This document shows, piece by piece, positions 40,189-53,859 of a stretch of 64,000 nucleotides of DNA (position 1 is its first letter; every line of letters begins with the position of its first letter). The DNA lies in the NCBI RefSeq assembly GCF_006345805.1, contig NC_042997.1, positions 114,824,001 through 114,888,000 on the forward strand, in the 5' to 3' direction. The DNA is from Octopus sinensis. Its lineage: Eukaryota. Made by a program: the position numbers and the translations under genes. The notes beneath the pieces are model-generated. The model saw only the letters and a list, made by a program, of their open reading frames with translations. It was not told the origin of the DNA and made no database searches.

Positions 40189-42149
40189 ATCTAGGACTAC
40201 CACTGTTCAGTGTCCACCCCGTTATTTTTCATGAAGGTTGAGTGTGATTGGAGGGATATTTGGTTGTTATTTTTACCAACTGCATAAAAACTCTCCCTTT
40301 CTCTCTCGCTGGTAACTTCGAAGCAGATGATCAAGGACCGTTGTCTTTGTCAAAAACAACATATGCAGTATTTAGATGGTAAATCAGTAAATTCTAGATT
40401 TACTATTGGTTCGATCATCACTCTCTTCTCTCCTCATCACAGTAGGAAAGTGAAAGAAAGGGATTAGATATCGATGCATACTAAAAACAAAGAACAAAAA
40501 TAAAACCGAAACAAAAAAATGAAATATTTACTTTTTGCTAGATCAGGTGGGTGTATAAATTTCAAAGAAACCTTTGCTTTTTACAATTTAATATTAAATT
40601 TATATACAACTAACTGAAAATGTAATATAATTGAAACATATAGCTTGGTAAAGCTCCGGCACCAAAAGCATTTACGATAAGCTAAATCCAAGAATGAACG
40701 CTAAGAAAATATATTATTATTATGAAAATGGCTACTTAGGGTTAATCAAAGCCCTGAATTGAAGAAACCTTTGAGAAAAGATGTTGAAGCTTTTGATCAT
40801 CCAGTCATTCATTTTTTTAAAGGAGATTCTATGTAAGCGGACTCGAAACTTATAGAAATCATACATATTGTGGAAATAAATTGAAGCAATTGATTGACTA
40901 AGCGTCGAGAGAAAAGGTCTACAGTCTCTAATAACAGACTTCATATTGAATATTTTAAATGTAAACCCCTAACTCTAGTTTTCTCTTACATTTAAGCGAA
41001 TAAACCTCACCCTTTTATATTCATCTCACATCCTTTTTCTAGATATCTAAGGATTGAAGATGGTTAAGTTGGTCAGGCAGCGTGTAAGATATATATATGC
41101 AATATTTATTTACACGCCTTTATATTCCCAGTTCAAATCCCGCCAAAGCCGACTATGTTTTTCATCATTTTAGGGTGGATGAAAATTATGAGTCAATTAC
41201 TGAGGTCTATTTGATCCATTCTCCCTCTAACCCGTCCACATTTCGAGCCCATGTGTCTGTTAGAATTTAAAACTAAATCATTTTTAATGTGAGGAACATA
41301 AAATCCCATTTGGAATGGTGGACGGCGACGGAGGAACCGGCAGGGAGCCGGACAGACAGCATGTTCGTTTTCAGTTATGTCCCTTTACTTCCTGAGTTCC
41401 AGTCACGGCAGGGGCCGGTTCCCTTCCTCATCCTACTAACTAAAAAAAAAGGGGATAACTTGTGGGATTTAAATGTCAATGGTTGAAATTAATATTTTCC
41501 TTTCGGAAAGAAATAGAAAAAATATAATCTATTTATACAATTGACTGAAATTATTGTTCATCACTTTAGCTTATGAACTACCATATAAACAAATTCCATT
41601 ATAATTTAGGCATTGAAAATAAATATATATTTAAAGCAGAAATGGAGTTTATTGGGGAATGATGATGATACTACTACTACTACTAATAAAAATTTCTGGC
41701 ATAAGCTTCAAATTTGGAGTCAGAGACAGCCGTGATTAGATTAATCTAATATCTAACTGGTACTTCATTTTATGATCCTGGGCAACAGATCTCCATAGGA
41801 TTTGAGCTCAGAATATAAATGTACGCAACTAAATAGAACAATGCATGCTGTCTGTCGCTCTACCGATTCTGCAAAACTAAAATATCGATTTTTTTTTGTT
41901 TAATATAGGCACAAGGTTTGGTTTTAAATTTGGGAGTGGGGAAGTAGAGTCGATTTTATTAATGCCAATAGTTGATTTGGTCTGTTATATAATTAATTGT
42001 AAAAAATAAAATTGATAATTATGAAAAATAATTCGGTGTCCTGTGGGAACATAAAATGAAGTACGCGAGGACGGCTGAAGAAATAGGGAAAGATTTAAAG
42101 CATGGAGGAGGAAATTAAAAAAGAAAAAAAAACCCAAATAAATAACGAC

Positions 42150-42200
42150 GACTGCGCAGACAGACAGGTCAGATCACGTGCTCTGATGACGTCAGTTTTC
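42150..42200 (+). promoter_or_regulatory. Probable promoter of the ZNRF gene: clustered palindromes CTGCGCAG (42152-42159), E-box TCACGTG (42174-42180), CRE TGACGTCA (42187-42194)
   Basis: Three CpG-containing palindromic motifs within 45 bp in a CpG-poor window, about 1.1 kb upstream of the ATG, in a repeat-poor zone. Confidence 0.6.
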
Positions 42201-42709
42201 GCCTCTTTTTAGCTGTCGTCTCCCCTTCTTCCGTCACTCTCCAGCTTAGAGGAGAAGGATGTTTTGTTCCATCAATAAGTAGTTTGTAATCATGGCAGAG
42301 AGGAGGAGATCTGATGCTGGACAATTACTGATTTCTACCACCGCCAATAATAACACCACCGTCGCCCTAACCAACAACAGCACTAATTCTACCTCTACCA
42401 CCATTAGTACTACTACTGCTACTGGAGTCATAGTGACAACACGACTGGAACACTTGCCTACCGCCGCCGCCACCATCACCACCACTCTGTTATCATTGAT
42501 ATTACTGTTGACGACAGCGTCAACTGTGGCTGCCAATATTTTCTCTTTTTCCTGTTTTCATAGCAGTCTCTTGCAAAACTACCAGAGTCAGCGTTGTGTT
42601 TAGCTTTTCATCGACGACCTCATACTTAACAAACACACTCTTACCTATCTCCATCTATTAGAAATATCTATCCTTCTTCATAACAGCCAAGCACTGTCTA
42701 GGATTTATG
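42200..42709 (+). other. Putative non-coding 5' exon of the ZNRF gene
   Basis: Follows the motif cluster and ends at a donor-like ATG|GTAAAG (GT at 42710). A weak acceptor CCCACAG ends at 43234. Splice sites are inferred only. Confidence 0.35.
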
Positions 42710-43274
42710 GTAAAGGTATACAAAAAAAAAATATATAGATTTATATATATATATAAACTTATGAATAAATATATATAATATATATTTATAAATAAACTAT
42801 ACATATATATATATATATATATAATATATATTTGTGTGTGTTGTATGTGCGTGCGTGTTGGTGCATGTTATGTCTGATGGGATACACATTTATAAACCAG
42901 CTGGACATAAACATCAATATATTCACATTTAGTCACTGAAGGTGAGAAAAAATAATCCAGAAAGGAATCAAAATCTTAATTGCATTCTTTTACTGTGTGA
43001 TATAAATATATATAGATAGATAGATCCCTGGCTTTCTTAATTTTGAGCAACATTCTTCCTTAAAACAACGAACACTTGTGTATACGCAGACACGTATGCT
43101 GGAGGCATTGTGTATGCGTTTAGACATAAATATATCTAAGGCATGTTTGTTAGTATTAACGGAAGAGGGAAGGGTTACAATTGAAATGTGTGGCTAGATG
43201 TCTAGCAAAGTTGCGATCAATATCTGACCCACAGAAAAGAGAGATCTTTACATTAAAAAAAAAAAAAAAAAAAG

Positions 43275-43638
43275 ATGGGAGCTAAACAAAGCTCAACTGG
43301 ACCTCGTATGAGGACATATTCGGGCAGTGGCCAAAGTGGAACAAGTACAGGCAATGCTGGCAATTCTGGAGGGGAACTTGCTGTTGTTGGAGGCTCTGCT
43401 GGAGCAGGTCAAGCCACAGCTGCGAGGGCTCGGGCTCGAAGCTTGGGCAGTTTTCATCCATCTACAGGACATTCACCTTCTCTTAGTATACCAAATAACA
43501 ACGGTTCTGGTGGAGTTAGTGGTGGGATAAGTTTGTTAGGGGCTATGTCCCCAGACTCAGATTCCAGTACACCAGAGGATGCACCATTCGGACGTTCTTT
43601 CACACATTCGTTGCCTGTACACTTATCTTTCTTCACAG
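43275..43638 (+). CDS. znrf2: First coding exon of a ZNRF1/ZNRF2-family RING E3 ubiquitin ligase (zinc finger and RING exons lie beyond the window)
   Basis: Translation MGAKQSSTGPRMRTYSGS...RARARSLG...SIPN...SLPVHLSFFTG matches remembered human ZNRF2 motifs in order (MGAKQS, RTRAYSGS, RSRSLG, SIPN, SLPAHL). Ends at a phase-1 donor CAG|GTACGT (GT at 43639) just before the expected CPVC zinc finger. No CPxC exon was seen downstream in the window. Confidence 0.88.
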
Positions 43639-45045
43639 GTACGTATCCTCTATTTACTTCTACCCTTCTCTATCATAAACGTACCCTCAAAACGAAAGAT
43701 TGACCCTCTTTTTTACAGCCAACCCTCGATGTAATAAAATGTGTTGGTAAATATGACGAAATACTATATACTATGTATACAATTTAGCATGTACAATGTA
43801 TATATTATGGTTCTAATGTTTATTTTGATCATTTTCTGGCGCCTTCCATGCCATGACCTTTCCCCTTTTTTACTTATTCAATGTTAGTAAGGGCATCTTT
43901 GATATAGAAATGGGTTTTGTCTATGTTTCCTGGATTCTATCAAAGACATGTATTTAGTGACAATGGCATCATCAACACAGACTGAAGTACGCGCCTCATG
44001 ACAACACAGGAGCAATGTGTCTGAAAGTGATGTCTTTCAAGTAAACATTTAAAAAGAAATATGGCTAATTTTGGCTAATCAACCCTTGGTTTTACTGCCT
44101 AAAACATCGTTCGATCGCTTCTTTCATATAATCAGCTTGTATTTTAATAATATCAGCGCCAGTAAATCGCAACGTGAGTTGGTTGCTTAAATATGTAGAA
44201 CACACATACACACAGACGTCTTGTCAGTCTTGTAATGTCAAATTGTCTTTCTCTTTGATTTATCAGTTTGCAAAACTAGAAACTGGTACCTTTTCAATAT
44301 CTTCTAAATTATTCTTTAAATTTCAGAAACTTGTTACTGTCCCTGGAACTTATTTATGGTATAAATACAGTATTATTGTTATTAATATGGTGCACATCTC
44401 ACCATGTGTACAGAATGTATCTATCGAGACATACATATTACACCAGAATAGATTTTTTTGTGTATGTATCTGGGTAGCTCATTTATTATTGAGCAGCCTT
44501 TTTTATTTTTCCTGTTGTATAGAGAAGGGTTTGGATTGGTAATTATTTCCTGATGATTATATCAACTTCACTATTGATAAAAGGCAAAGTTTGGTTGGGG
44601 GGTGGGGGTGAAAAAAAATCAACATTCTTTAAAATTACGTAATTCACACTCATGTATAGTTATTGATTAGTGTGGTATGATGATATACTCATCACTTGTG
44701 TGCGTGCGTGTGTGTATATATATATATATGTAAATAAATATATATGTATGTATGTATATATAGTGTGTGTGTATATATGGAAGAGGGGGAGGATGTAATA
44801 TATAAGTGAATATATAGCACATGTGTCATATATTCTAATCTACAGACTGCACACGCACTTAACCATTGCATCTTTGTCTGTCTCTCCCACCCTCACCATT
44901 CCGTTCTGTTTTTTTTTTTTTGTTTTTTTGATAAATTAAGATTTTTATCTTCGAAACAGATTCTTATTAAAGAAGCTATTATCAGTCTTACTGATAAATT
45001 TAAAGCGGCCATCGATTAGTATTTTTTTTCTTTTGTATGTATGTA

Positions 45046-45087
<42 letters not shown>

Positions 45088-47996
45088 TACCCATTTCTCA
45101 CGTTGGATTACAAAAAAATCCATGTGATTACCTTGCCTTGAATATTAATAACTTTATCTGGCTTATAATTTCCTTTTCCATGAAATAGGTATATGAATTA
45201 ATTTTTTTAAGAACTCTGTTTCTCAGCCTAGATAATATAATAGTTGAATTTTAATCTTTTTCGCCTTATTTTTACTTAGATATTTCGTGATTTTATTGTA
45301 TATTAAACCAAGTTTTTTTTTTAAAGATAATAATAAAATAATTAGACATTATCAGTATGTAAACATACACCTGTGAGTATAAACGTTGTAGGTTGTGTGG
45401 CTGTTTATTATCATTAATAATCTCAAGTGGAACCATAGTTAATTTGTGCGAGTTCTTTGTTGCAGTTGTTCCATCGACAGCTGTGTGCACTTGGCACCTC
45501 CTACATTAAATAGTTGTCGACTGGGGCGGCACACATCAGTCGCAAGCTCTTGTCGAATTATTACACAATAACAACAAACATTTATTAGTTTTAAATCGTT
45601 GCTCCCCGAATCTTCCTCTCCGTCGCCGGGTTTAAAAAATCTTTTTGGGCTGTCTGATACACTTTCGATCTAGAAAGGTTTTTTAAGGATCCATCGACTT
45701 TTAATTAACTGTTCAATGTTAAACTTATTTTCTGTTGCTGAATGCTCCTCTCCCCAAAGTCTCTCAATGTGGGTTTTATTAAAACTTTTTAAAATGCTAA
45801 CTCTCGGAAGTTGCTCCTACAAGTACAAACAACATCTGTTCATAAGGAAGCGACCTGGAAGGGTTTTGTCAACATGAAAAATCTAGACAGGACGGACGGT
45901 TAGGGAGGTGTCTATTGATCAAAAATAAACACTCATTTACATAATTGGAACATATTGCTTTCTACCTAACCCACAACCAGTTGGTTTGCTAACATTTGAA
46001 AACAACTTTTCGCCCAGCTTATTTAATTATTATTACATTTATCATCATTTTTGGCCATCTAGCAGAGTTGTTTGTGCGTTGGACGAAATTCTTGGCGACG
46101 TTTCTTCCGGTTCTTTCGAATTTGCTTTTCTTCTTTACGGTGGTCGATAAAATAAGTACCAGTTGAGCATTGGGGTCGATGTAATCGATTAACCCTCTCC
46201 CCTCCCAAATTTCGGGCCTTTTGCCTATACTAGAAAGGATTATTATCATCTTGGTCTCTATCACTGACTTAACACGCGCATGTTTTATTGGGGCGTGAGG
46301 GTTTCATATTTTGGGTTTCAACGCGTTCTACTTGACTGAAAGTCACTTACTGCGACGTAGAATTACTTTATACGACTGTTTGTTTTGTTTTCTTTTTCAG
46401 ATCTTTTAAAACCTCCGAATATATTTATACGATACGTTTTTAACATTACTATCATATAAGTTTGTGTATACATACAACAGGGTTGCTCGTAGCAGCATTA
46501 TAACACCCCCAGACACACATACACACTCCAGGGGCAAATCAATACATTGAGCCCTTTAATTTTTTTTATAGCAAGCCACTACACATACATCAGAATTGGG
46601 CCCCTGGAAAATTACTCAGTACGCCCATACTTTCAGACAGCTTTTTCTGTCTGTCTGTCTCTCTCGGATGCAGTTTGTGAGTCTAGTGTTTTGTAGTTGC
46701 CAGTGGTTAAACCGTTGTTTATATGTGTGTTTGTATATATATGTACCAAAATGGTCTCTTGAACCGTTATATTTTTTTCTAAGAATATTTGCTACTACTG
46801 GCATCATTTTACATGTAAAATGGGGATAGAAGATTGTTGGGAAGTTCGAAAGAGCTACTCGCAATGCTGTTGTGTATTCTATGGGTACCAATGAAAGTGT
46901 TACCTTGAAGTAACTGTTACACATTAGGACTTGCTTACTCCAAGCAATATTGAAAAGAACCCCATCCATCTCCTAATTACTGCTCAATTTCGCATTCTGT
47001 ATATGTCAATAGGGCGCTAAATATTCACTGCTGAATAGTGGCTTGTGTGTTGGACTGGCTGTAGGTTCCGTTCCGAGACAGGGCTGTGCGCCGTGTCCTT
47101 GAGCAAGGCACTTCATTTTCGCATTGTGCTACTGGATGAGTACCAATAGTAGCTAACAGGTGATGGAGCTGGAAAGAGGTTACCACTGTGACGTGCTGGT
47201 GTTCTGTACGTCGGGGTTAAATTTGCGCAATTTGGATCGTCTAGGGGCTCAGAAACTGGTTTAAACCCAAGCAGCTTAATGGGCGGGTAGACCCAAGGAA
47301 GATTCTTAATACATTAATACAAGCACGATGACTATGCATATGTATGTAAATATATATGCCTTTGTTTGTGTATTTAATATTTTTTTCTTCTCGTATTATA
47401 AGATTACTTCGTTTCTGAAGGGAAAACGATGAGTATACAAAAAAAGAATAATAATAATTCGACTAACTTCGGGAGCTTGTTTTGTTTGCGTTATTTATAT
47501 TTGGTCTTAGTGACACCCATACAACATGGGTGTGTGTGGGTGTGTGAACAAGTACACACTTCACCACAGACTTATAAATAGACTCAAACGACAACTGAAT
47601 AGTAACGGAAACCTGTAAAATTATATCGGTTTATGTTGATTCTGTATTGTTTGTGCGTTTAAACGTTTAAAAATATCATAAAACTTCCAAGTGCAGTCAT
47701 ACACTACTTAAGCTATAAAATGTAAGCTCAATGTGTAGTGAACTTGTATGTAAATGTGTGTGTGTGTGTGTATATTATATATATATATATATATATAATA
47801 TATATAATATTAGGGAGTATAGCTCCAAGCTTACAGGGAAAAATTCGATTTCTTATTAAATCAAATTTCACAGTATAAATATATAAAATATGAATTAGAG
47901 ATATATTAATTATATTTATATTATTTGTTATTTATGTATTGGTTTATGTCTATCACTGTTTGAGTTGCATAATAGTGGTTTTATCTCTAATTCATA

Positions 47997-48036
<40 letters not shown>

Positions 48037-51000
48037 GACAAGAGTTTAACTGACCAAAACTCCGAAATCACTGTCAGTAATATTCTCGTTTAAGAAGACT
48101 AAATTTGTACTCAGCAAAAATATGGTAGAGTAACCCATCATATTAATGTAAAATTGTTTTTATTATAACTGAATCTAAAAACAAACCTGTGTGTGTGTGG
48201 CAACTAAATCTGGTCTAAACAGATTTTTATCGGATATGTTTTAACAAAAATATATTTGGATTATACAGTAAAGGCGGAAGGTAAATAGATTTAGCTATAA
48301 ATCTTTTTACCTTCCGCCTTAGGTAAATAGATTTAGCTCTCAGATAAAGGAATATATTTTAAAAAGTAAATTATTTTTGTAAAAAAAATATATATAAAAA
48401 AGGCTTAAAATACGTAGAGGAATAAGTTCAGCCTCGTGAGGGCCCTGCTGCAGGAGACCTTATGATCATAGGCGTTCCAACCGTGACTCTCGCTTTTTAT
48501 TCAGACAGCGTCTCTATGGTTACTTAACGTTTCCTTACTCTTATGACAATAGAGGCTGGTAGGTATAAGGGGAATTTAGCTGCTATCTCTTGCAGGACGA
48601 ACAACCTATAGGAGGCTTCCTTTGTCTCGCATAATCATCCTAACTTGTTTGGATAAGTATTCTGTTGGCGTAATACAAAAAATTCAATGGGAATAAGACG
48701 TAGCCTAGTGGTTAGGGTATTGCATTGACGATCGCTAGACCATGGGTTCGATTCTTGAGCAAAACACTTCATTTCACATTGCTCCAGTCCACTCAGCTGT
48801 GAACGGGTAAACCCTGTTACGACACGGCCTTTCGACCGTGAAGAATGTTGGCCTGCTCGCCTAGCCAGCTGAATGGCGTCATTCGAAAGCTAAAGCAGTG
48901 TGAAGCGCATTGTGACTAGCGATGTATAATAACATCCGATAGTCTGGTCGATATTGTGCTATATATATATATATACCTAAACCAATGTATTCTGATCTGC
49001 CGTAGATCAGAATACATCGAGTTTGGTATATTCGAGGTTGATGCCAGGGTATTCATGCCCTAGATCAGACCTATAATATGCGCCCCCTTCTCCCAATCCC
49101 TCAGTAAGAGCCGCCTTCTCCAGTTTTCTTCAATAACATCTACGCTCGCTGGAAAATGCTATTGAGAACAAAAAATCTGTATTATGATGATGATGATCAT
49201 GCATTTCACTGAGTAAATCTGTTACTGGGCAAAATTCGAAGCGTTTCACACAGTCATGTGACTGGCCACAACACTAGCCGAGCCTCTCTCTCCACCTTCT
49301 CCACCCACCCATGTCCTTTGTCCTTCTTTGTTCTGGAAGTGATCTCACCTGCTCTCTTTATTACTAAGTTTGTGCGTCTTTAATTGGATTAACAAATTAT
49401 GTGTACATTATGTGTAGGGAGGGGGCCCTCTGCTTTTAGCACTCCAGGTAATCACCTAGTTTGTTTAGCGCATGGTGCCGGCCCTGGGTATATTCCCAAC
49501 TAAAAGCTGAATATTAAATGTGAGGTTGATAAGTTCATGACTGTACAATCAATTTTCGAATTCTACTTCAGCCTTGAAGCATTGTGGCCTTGATCAAGGC
49601 ACATAACTATCCTTGTTCTAGTTGATTCAACAGGTTGTGTATATTGAATGTGTGTGTGTAAGTGGATTTCATTGACAGAAACTGAAAGAAGCCTTCATAT
49701 ATGTCTGTATGTATGTATATATAATTAGGCTGTGTAGTAAGAAGTTTGCTTCCCAACCACATAGTTCTGGGTTCTTGTGAGTGGATTTGGTAGATGGAAA
49801 CTGAAAGAAGCCCATCATATATATTATGTGTGTGTGTCTTTGTGTTTGCTTTGCACTACTGCTTAATAATCAGTGTTGGTTTGTTTACATCCACAAAACT
49901 TAGTGGTTTGGCAAAAGAGACCAACAGAATAAATATAGTTTTAAAAAAAAGTCCTGGGATCAATTGATTCAACTAAAATTCAAGGTGTTGTCCCAGCATG
50001 GCTGCAGTCTAATGACTAAAACAAGTAAAAGATAAAAGGCAATAACGAGGCCATATTGTAGCTTAATGGTAACAGTTGATTTAATTGAAATTAGAAACAT
50101 CGTTAGCAGTTGTGGGGTATGTAGAAGAATATGCAAGATGTCTAAGATATGCGATAATATTAACTGGAATTACGGTGTGCAGTGCAAACCTGACCTAAAG
50201 AAAGTAAAGCATAGATATGCAATGTATCATAGGATCAATCTTGTGTCAAGAATTTAGGACTGTTTGTAATAGTTGCTGATGTATATTCTGGGTATCAGGG
50301 TAGCCAGAAAGAATAAAGAAGCAGAAACAGTTAGGTAGGTACTAAGAACTGTTTGCCAGAATTGGTATTCCAGAAACATTAGCAGTATCTGAAAATGTCT
50401 GAATTTCATGCTAATGACTGATGTACATAGATTGATAAGATCAGGTATAAGTTTATGAAAATGGTTTCATGTCATCCAGAATCAAATAAAGCTGCTGTAA
50501 AAAAAAAAAGAAAGAAAATGGTCTGTAAGTGTTAAAATGAGTTTGACTGTATACTCAGTGTTGAGGTTCTGTTGATGCATTTTTGAGGTGCATTGCTGTC
50601 TGACAATTCTTCACTCAAGAAGTCTTCTTAATCCATCTGCTTTGATGGGCAGATGCAAGTGTGGCTTTGCAGTTAGGAGATTAATTTCCTTAGCATGTGG
50701 TTTTTGTGTTTACTCTCACTGTTTAGCCCCTTGGTAGTATCTTCTATAGCATGGAATCAATTAAAGCTTTGAGTGGATTTGGTAGACCAAAAGTGAAAGG
50801 AACTCGTGTGTGTGTGTGTATGCAAACTCACACATGCACACAACTGAAGAAAGCCATCGTGCAAACTCACACATGCACACAACTGAAGAAAGCCATCAAG
50901 GAAATAGGCACAGCAGCTGAAGATAGCTCAAGATAGCAGCTATTGTCGATAGGAGGCCATAAGTGGAACCCTTCTGTAAGTGAAGACTAGGTCAGTCCTT

Positions 51001-51196
51001 GCTGCCCCATGTAGGTGAAGCATACTGACTAAGGGGCGAAGTGCTTGTGACCCTGAGGTATCTGCTAACGATGTAGAAAGGTTTCCAGCATTGCAATGGA
51101 TTTAGAAGAGCTTGTAAAACCTCTGACTAGCTCCTGCAATATCTGCATGGGGCACAGTATCTCTGATGTTTATTTCATCTATATTAATACACACAC

Positions 51197-51432
51197 ACAG
51201 GATTGGCCAGAAGTCCCCCGGCAGTAAATCAAAATTCCATAAATACTATCTGTAATTCTGTGTTGACTTGAATGGGAAAATGCATCGCTCAAGAAAGACT
51301 TCAGTTTGAACAGTTTTCATGATGTTTCATATTTAGATGCTTTTATTAAATTCAATCGGTTGTTAAACATAGATAAATCTTGGAATTTAATGGTTTTGAT
51401 TTACTGTCAGGTGACTTTTGGTCGACCTTGTA
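51197..51432. mobile_element. Tc1/mariner-type MITE
   Basis: About 45-bp imperfect TIRs (CAGGATTGGCCAGAAGTC.. / ..GACTTTTGGTCGACCTTG TA). Confidence 0.55.
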
Positions 51433-53149
51433 TATAGTAAATGAAAGATGGATGATGGAATTTGAGAATTATTGATCACAACAATTGTTCCAACACATCT
51501 AGCATCTTCCGTCTTTCATTTGCCATATACATAACAGTTACTCTGAAAGTGACCGTGCTTTACCAGTAAACTACCAAGGGTAAACCATTGGTTTTATTAT
51601 CTAATATATATAAAGAATAAAATGTTTTGAATGGTACAACAATGCACTGTGATACAAACAATGGGCTATATACCTGTTGTAATTTAACCATCCATAGTAA
51701 GATATCCCTAGGAATTGATGGGATATCTGAGGAAGGAATTTTATTCTGAAATATTATCAGACTATGGATGACTAAATTACAACAGGTATATAGCCCAGTG
51801 TGTGTATTATAGTGCATTGTACCATTCAAAACATTTTATTCTTTACAAACAATACACAATGCTTCAAGCAAACTACAATACTCTCATATATATATATATA
51901 TATATATAGATATATAGATATATAGATATATAGTGCTGGGTTGATGCCAGTGTTGCCTGACTGGCTCCTGTGGCACTTAAAAAGCACCATTCGAGTGTGG
52001 TCAATGCCAGTCACTTGTAAAAAGCAGCCGCTACACTCTTGGAGTGGTTGGTGTTAGGAAGGGCATCAAGCTGTAGAAACCTTGCCAGAATAGTTTGGAG
52101 CCTGGTGCAACCTACTGGCTTGCCAACCCCCTAATCAAACCATCCAACCCATGCCAGCATGGAAAGCAGACATTAAACAATGATGATGGTGTGACTCTCC
52201 TCATTTTAATGTTGAGTAATTGTTGTAAACGACTATCATAGAAGTGGTTTCATTCATTTCCAATCTTCCATGGGAGCCTGTCTGACCATGGAGAAGCCTT
52301 GCCCTGCTTGGAAACGGGTGAGGGTTGGTGACAGAAAGGGCATAGAATTGTAGAACACCTACCTCAATGAATTCCATCGGACCTAGGCCAGCATGGACGA
52401 CATTAAATGGTTTGTTTACATCCCTCTAAGCAGCTCAGCAGCAGAGACTAATGAAATAAGCACTAACATCAATTGACTCAAGTAAAACCCTTCAAAGCAA
52501 GTAAAAAACAAAAAAACTAGTCATATCTGCACTTGGCGGTGTACTAAATGTAGAATCGGTCCCCCAAGCTTTGAATGACATTCTAATCTCTATTAATAGA
52601 TTTGATTTGACAGCTGATACTGGAACAGCCGTAACAAACTGGTGTTAGATGCAGTTCTCAAATAGCAAATGAAATGAAACCAATTCATTTGTGGGAGATA
52701 TAATATCATTTGATGATTTTTGTTGTTGTGTTATTCTTTTGTTTAGGTCATTTGTTTGCGGCCATGCTGGGGCACCAGCCTCAAGTTTTTAGTCAAACAA
52801 ATTGACTGCCCCCTCCCCTCTAGTGCTTTTTCTTTTTTCCTTTTTTTTCTTTCTTTCAAGCCTGGTATATATTCTAGCAGTCCCCTTTGCTGAACTGCTA
52901 AGTGGTGGGAATGTAAACAAACCAGGGCCTGTTTAGTCGTGGTGAGGGAGACATACACACACACATGATGGGCTTTTTTCAATTTGTCTACCAAATCCAT
53001 TCACAAGGCTTTGGTTGACCTAGGGCTATAGTAGAAGGCACTTGCCCAAGGTACCACACAGCAAGACTGAACCTGGAACCATGTGATTGAGAAGCGAACT
53101 TCTTACTACACAGCCTGGCCTGTATTTACTATCTTACATGTTTAAGGGT

Positions 53150-53575
53150 TTATCAGAGTTGCGTGAGAGCTGAAACACTGTATGGGAGTGAGACATGGTG
53201 CCTGAGGTAAAGCGAAATGGCAATTTTGAGAAGGACCGAGAGAGCAATGTGTGGTGTGAAACTATTGGATAACAGGAAGGCTGAGGACCTGATGTGGTTG
53301 GCAGAATCGGTGGAACAGCTGGGAAGAGTGAATGGAGTGTGGTGGTATGAACATGTGTTGAGGAGGGACGAGGATCATGTTCTGAGGAGAGTGCTTGAGT
53401 TTAAAGTAAACGAAAGCGAGGTTGACTAAAGGAAACGTGGAAGAGGAGATAGGGAGGGTTGGCTTGAGGAGGGAGGATGCTCAAAACTGGGCAAGCTGGT
53501 GTGAGAGCAGTTGCTGTAAGAGTGAGGTAGATCCAGCCACCCCCGTTAATGGGGACAAACCTAGATTTAAAATAT
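53150..53575 (+). mobile_element. RTE 3' end
   Basis: LYGSETW-like motif, AILRRTERAMCGVKLLD, WYEHVLRRDEDHVLRRVLEFKV. Confidence 0.8.
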
Positions 53576-53859
53576 TAGAATTCATTCATTCATACACTTG
53601 ATCAAAACTGGCCACCAGTTAGATGTTGGCTTGACTGTTGAGAATAAATTGTATGAATGAGAGTACTGGAGAAACTCAGAATGATATGGCTGTGTCAAGG
53701 AAGGAAATGGTTTGTAACAAATGAAAATTTAAGGGGAGTATGTCAGGTGAGGGACCTAAATGTAGATGCCATATACACCTCCCAGCCTCTATCAGTATTT
53801 TAATGTCTTTCAACCTGCTTGCGTGGGTGGGTTGTCTACAGTTTTTTGTGTCACCAATC

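Noticed and set aside
40732-40944. Minus-strand ORF as an exon of a divergent gene
   Set aside because: No recognisable homology and weak splice signals; cannot be supported without transcripts.
48034-48080. Hammerhead-like CTGACAA GAGT..ACTC CGAAA..GTC
   Set aside because: C3-A8 mismatch and no pairable stem I; at most a decayed relic.
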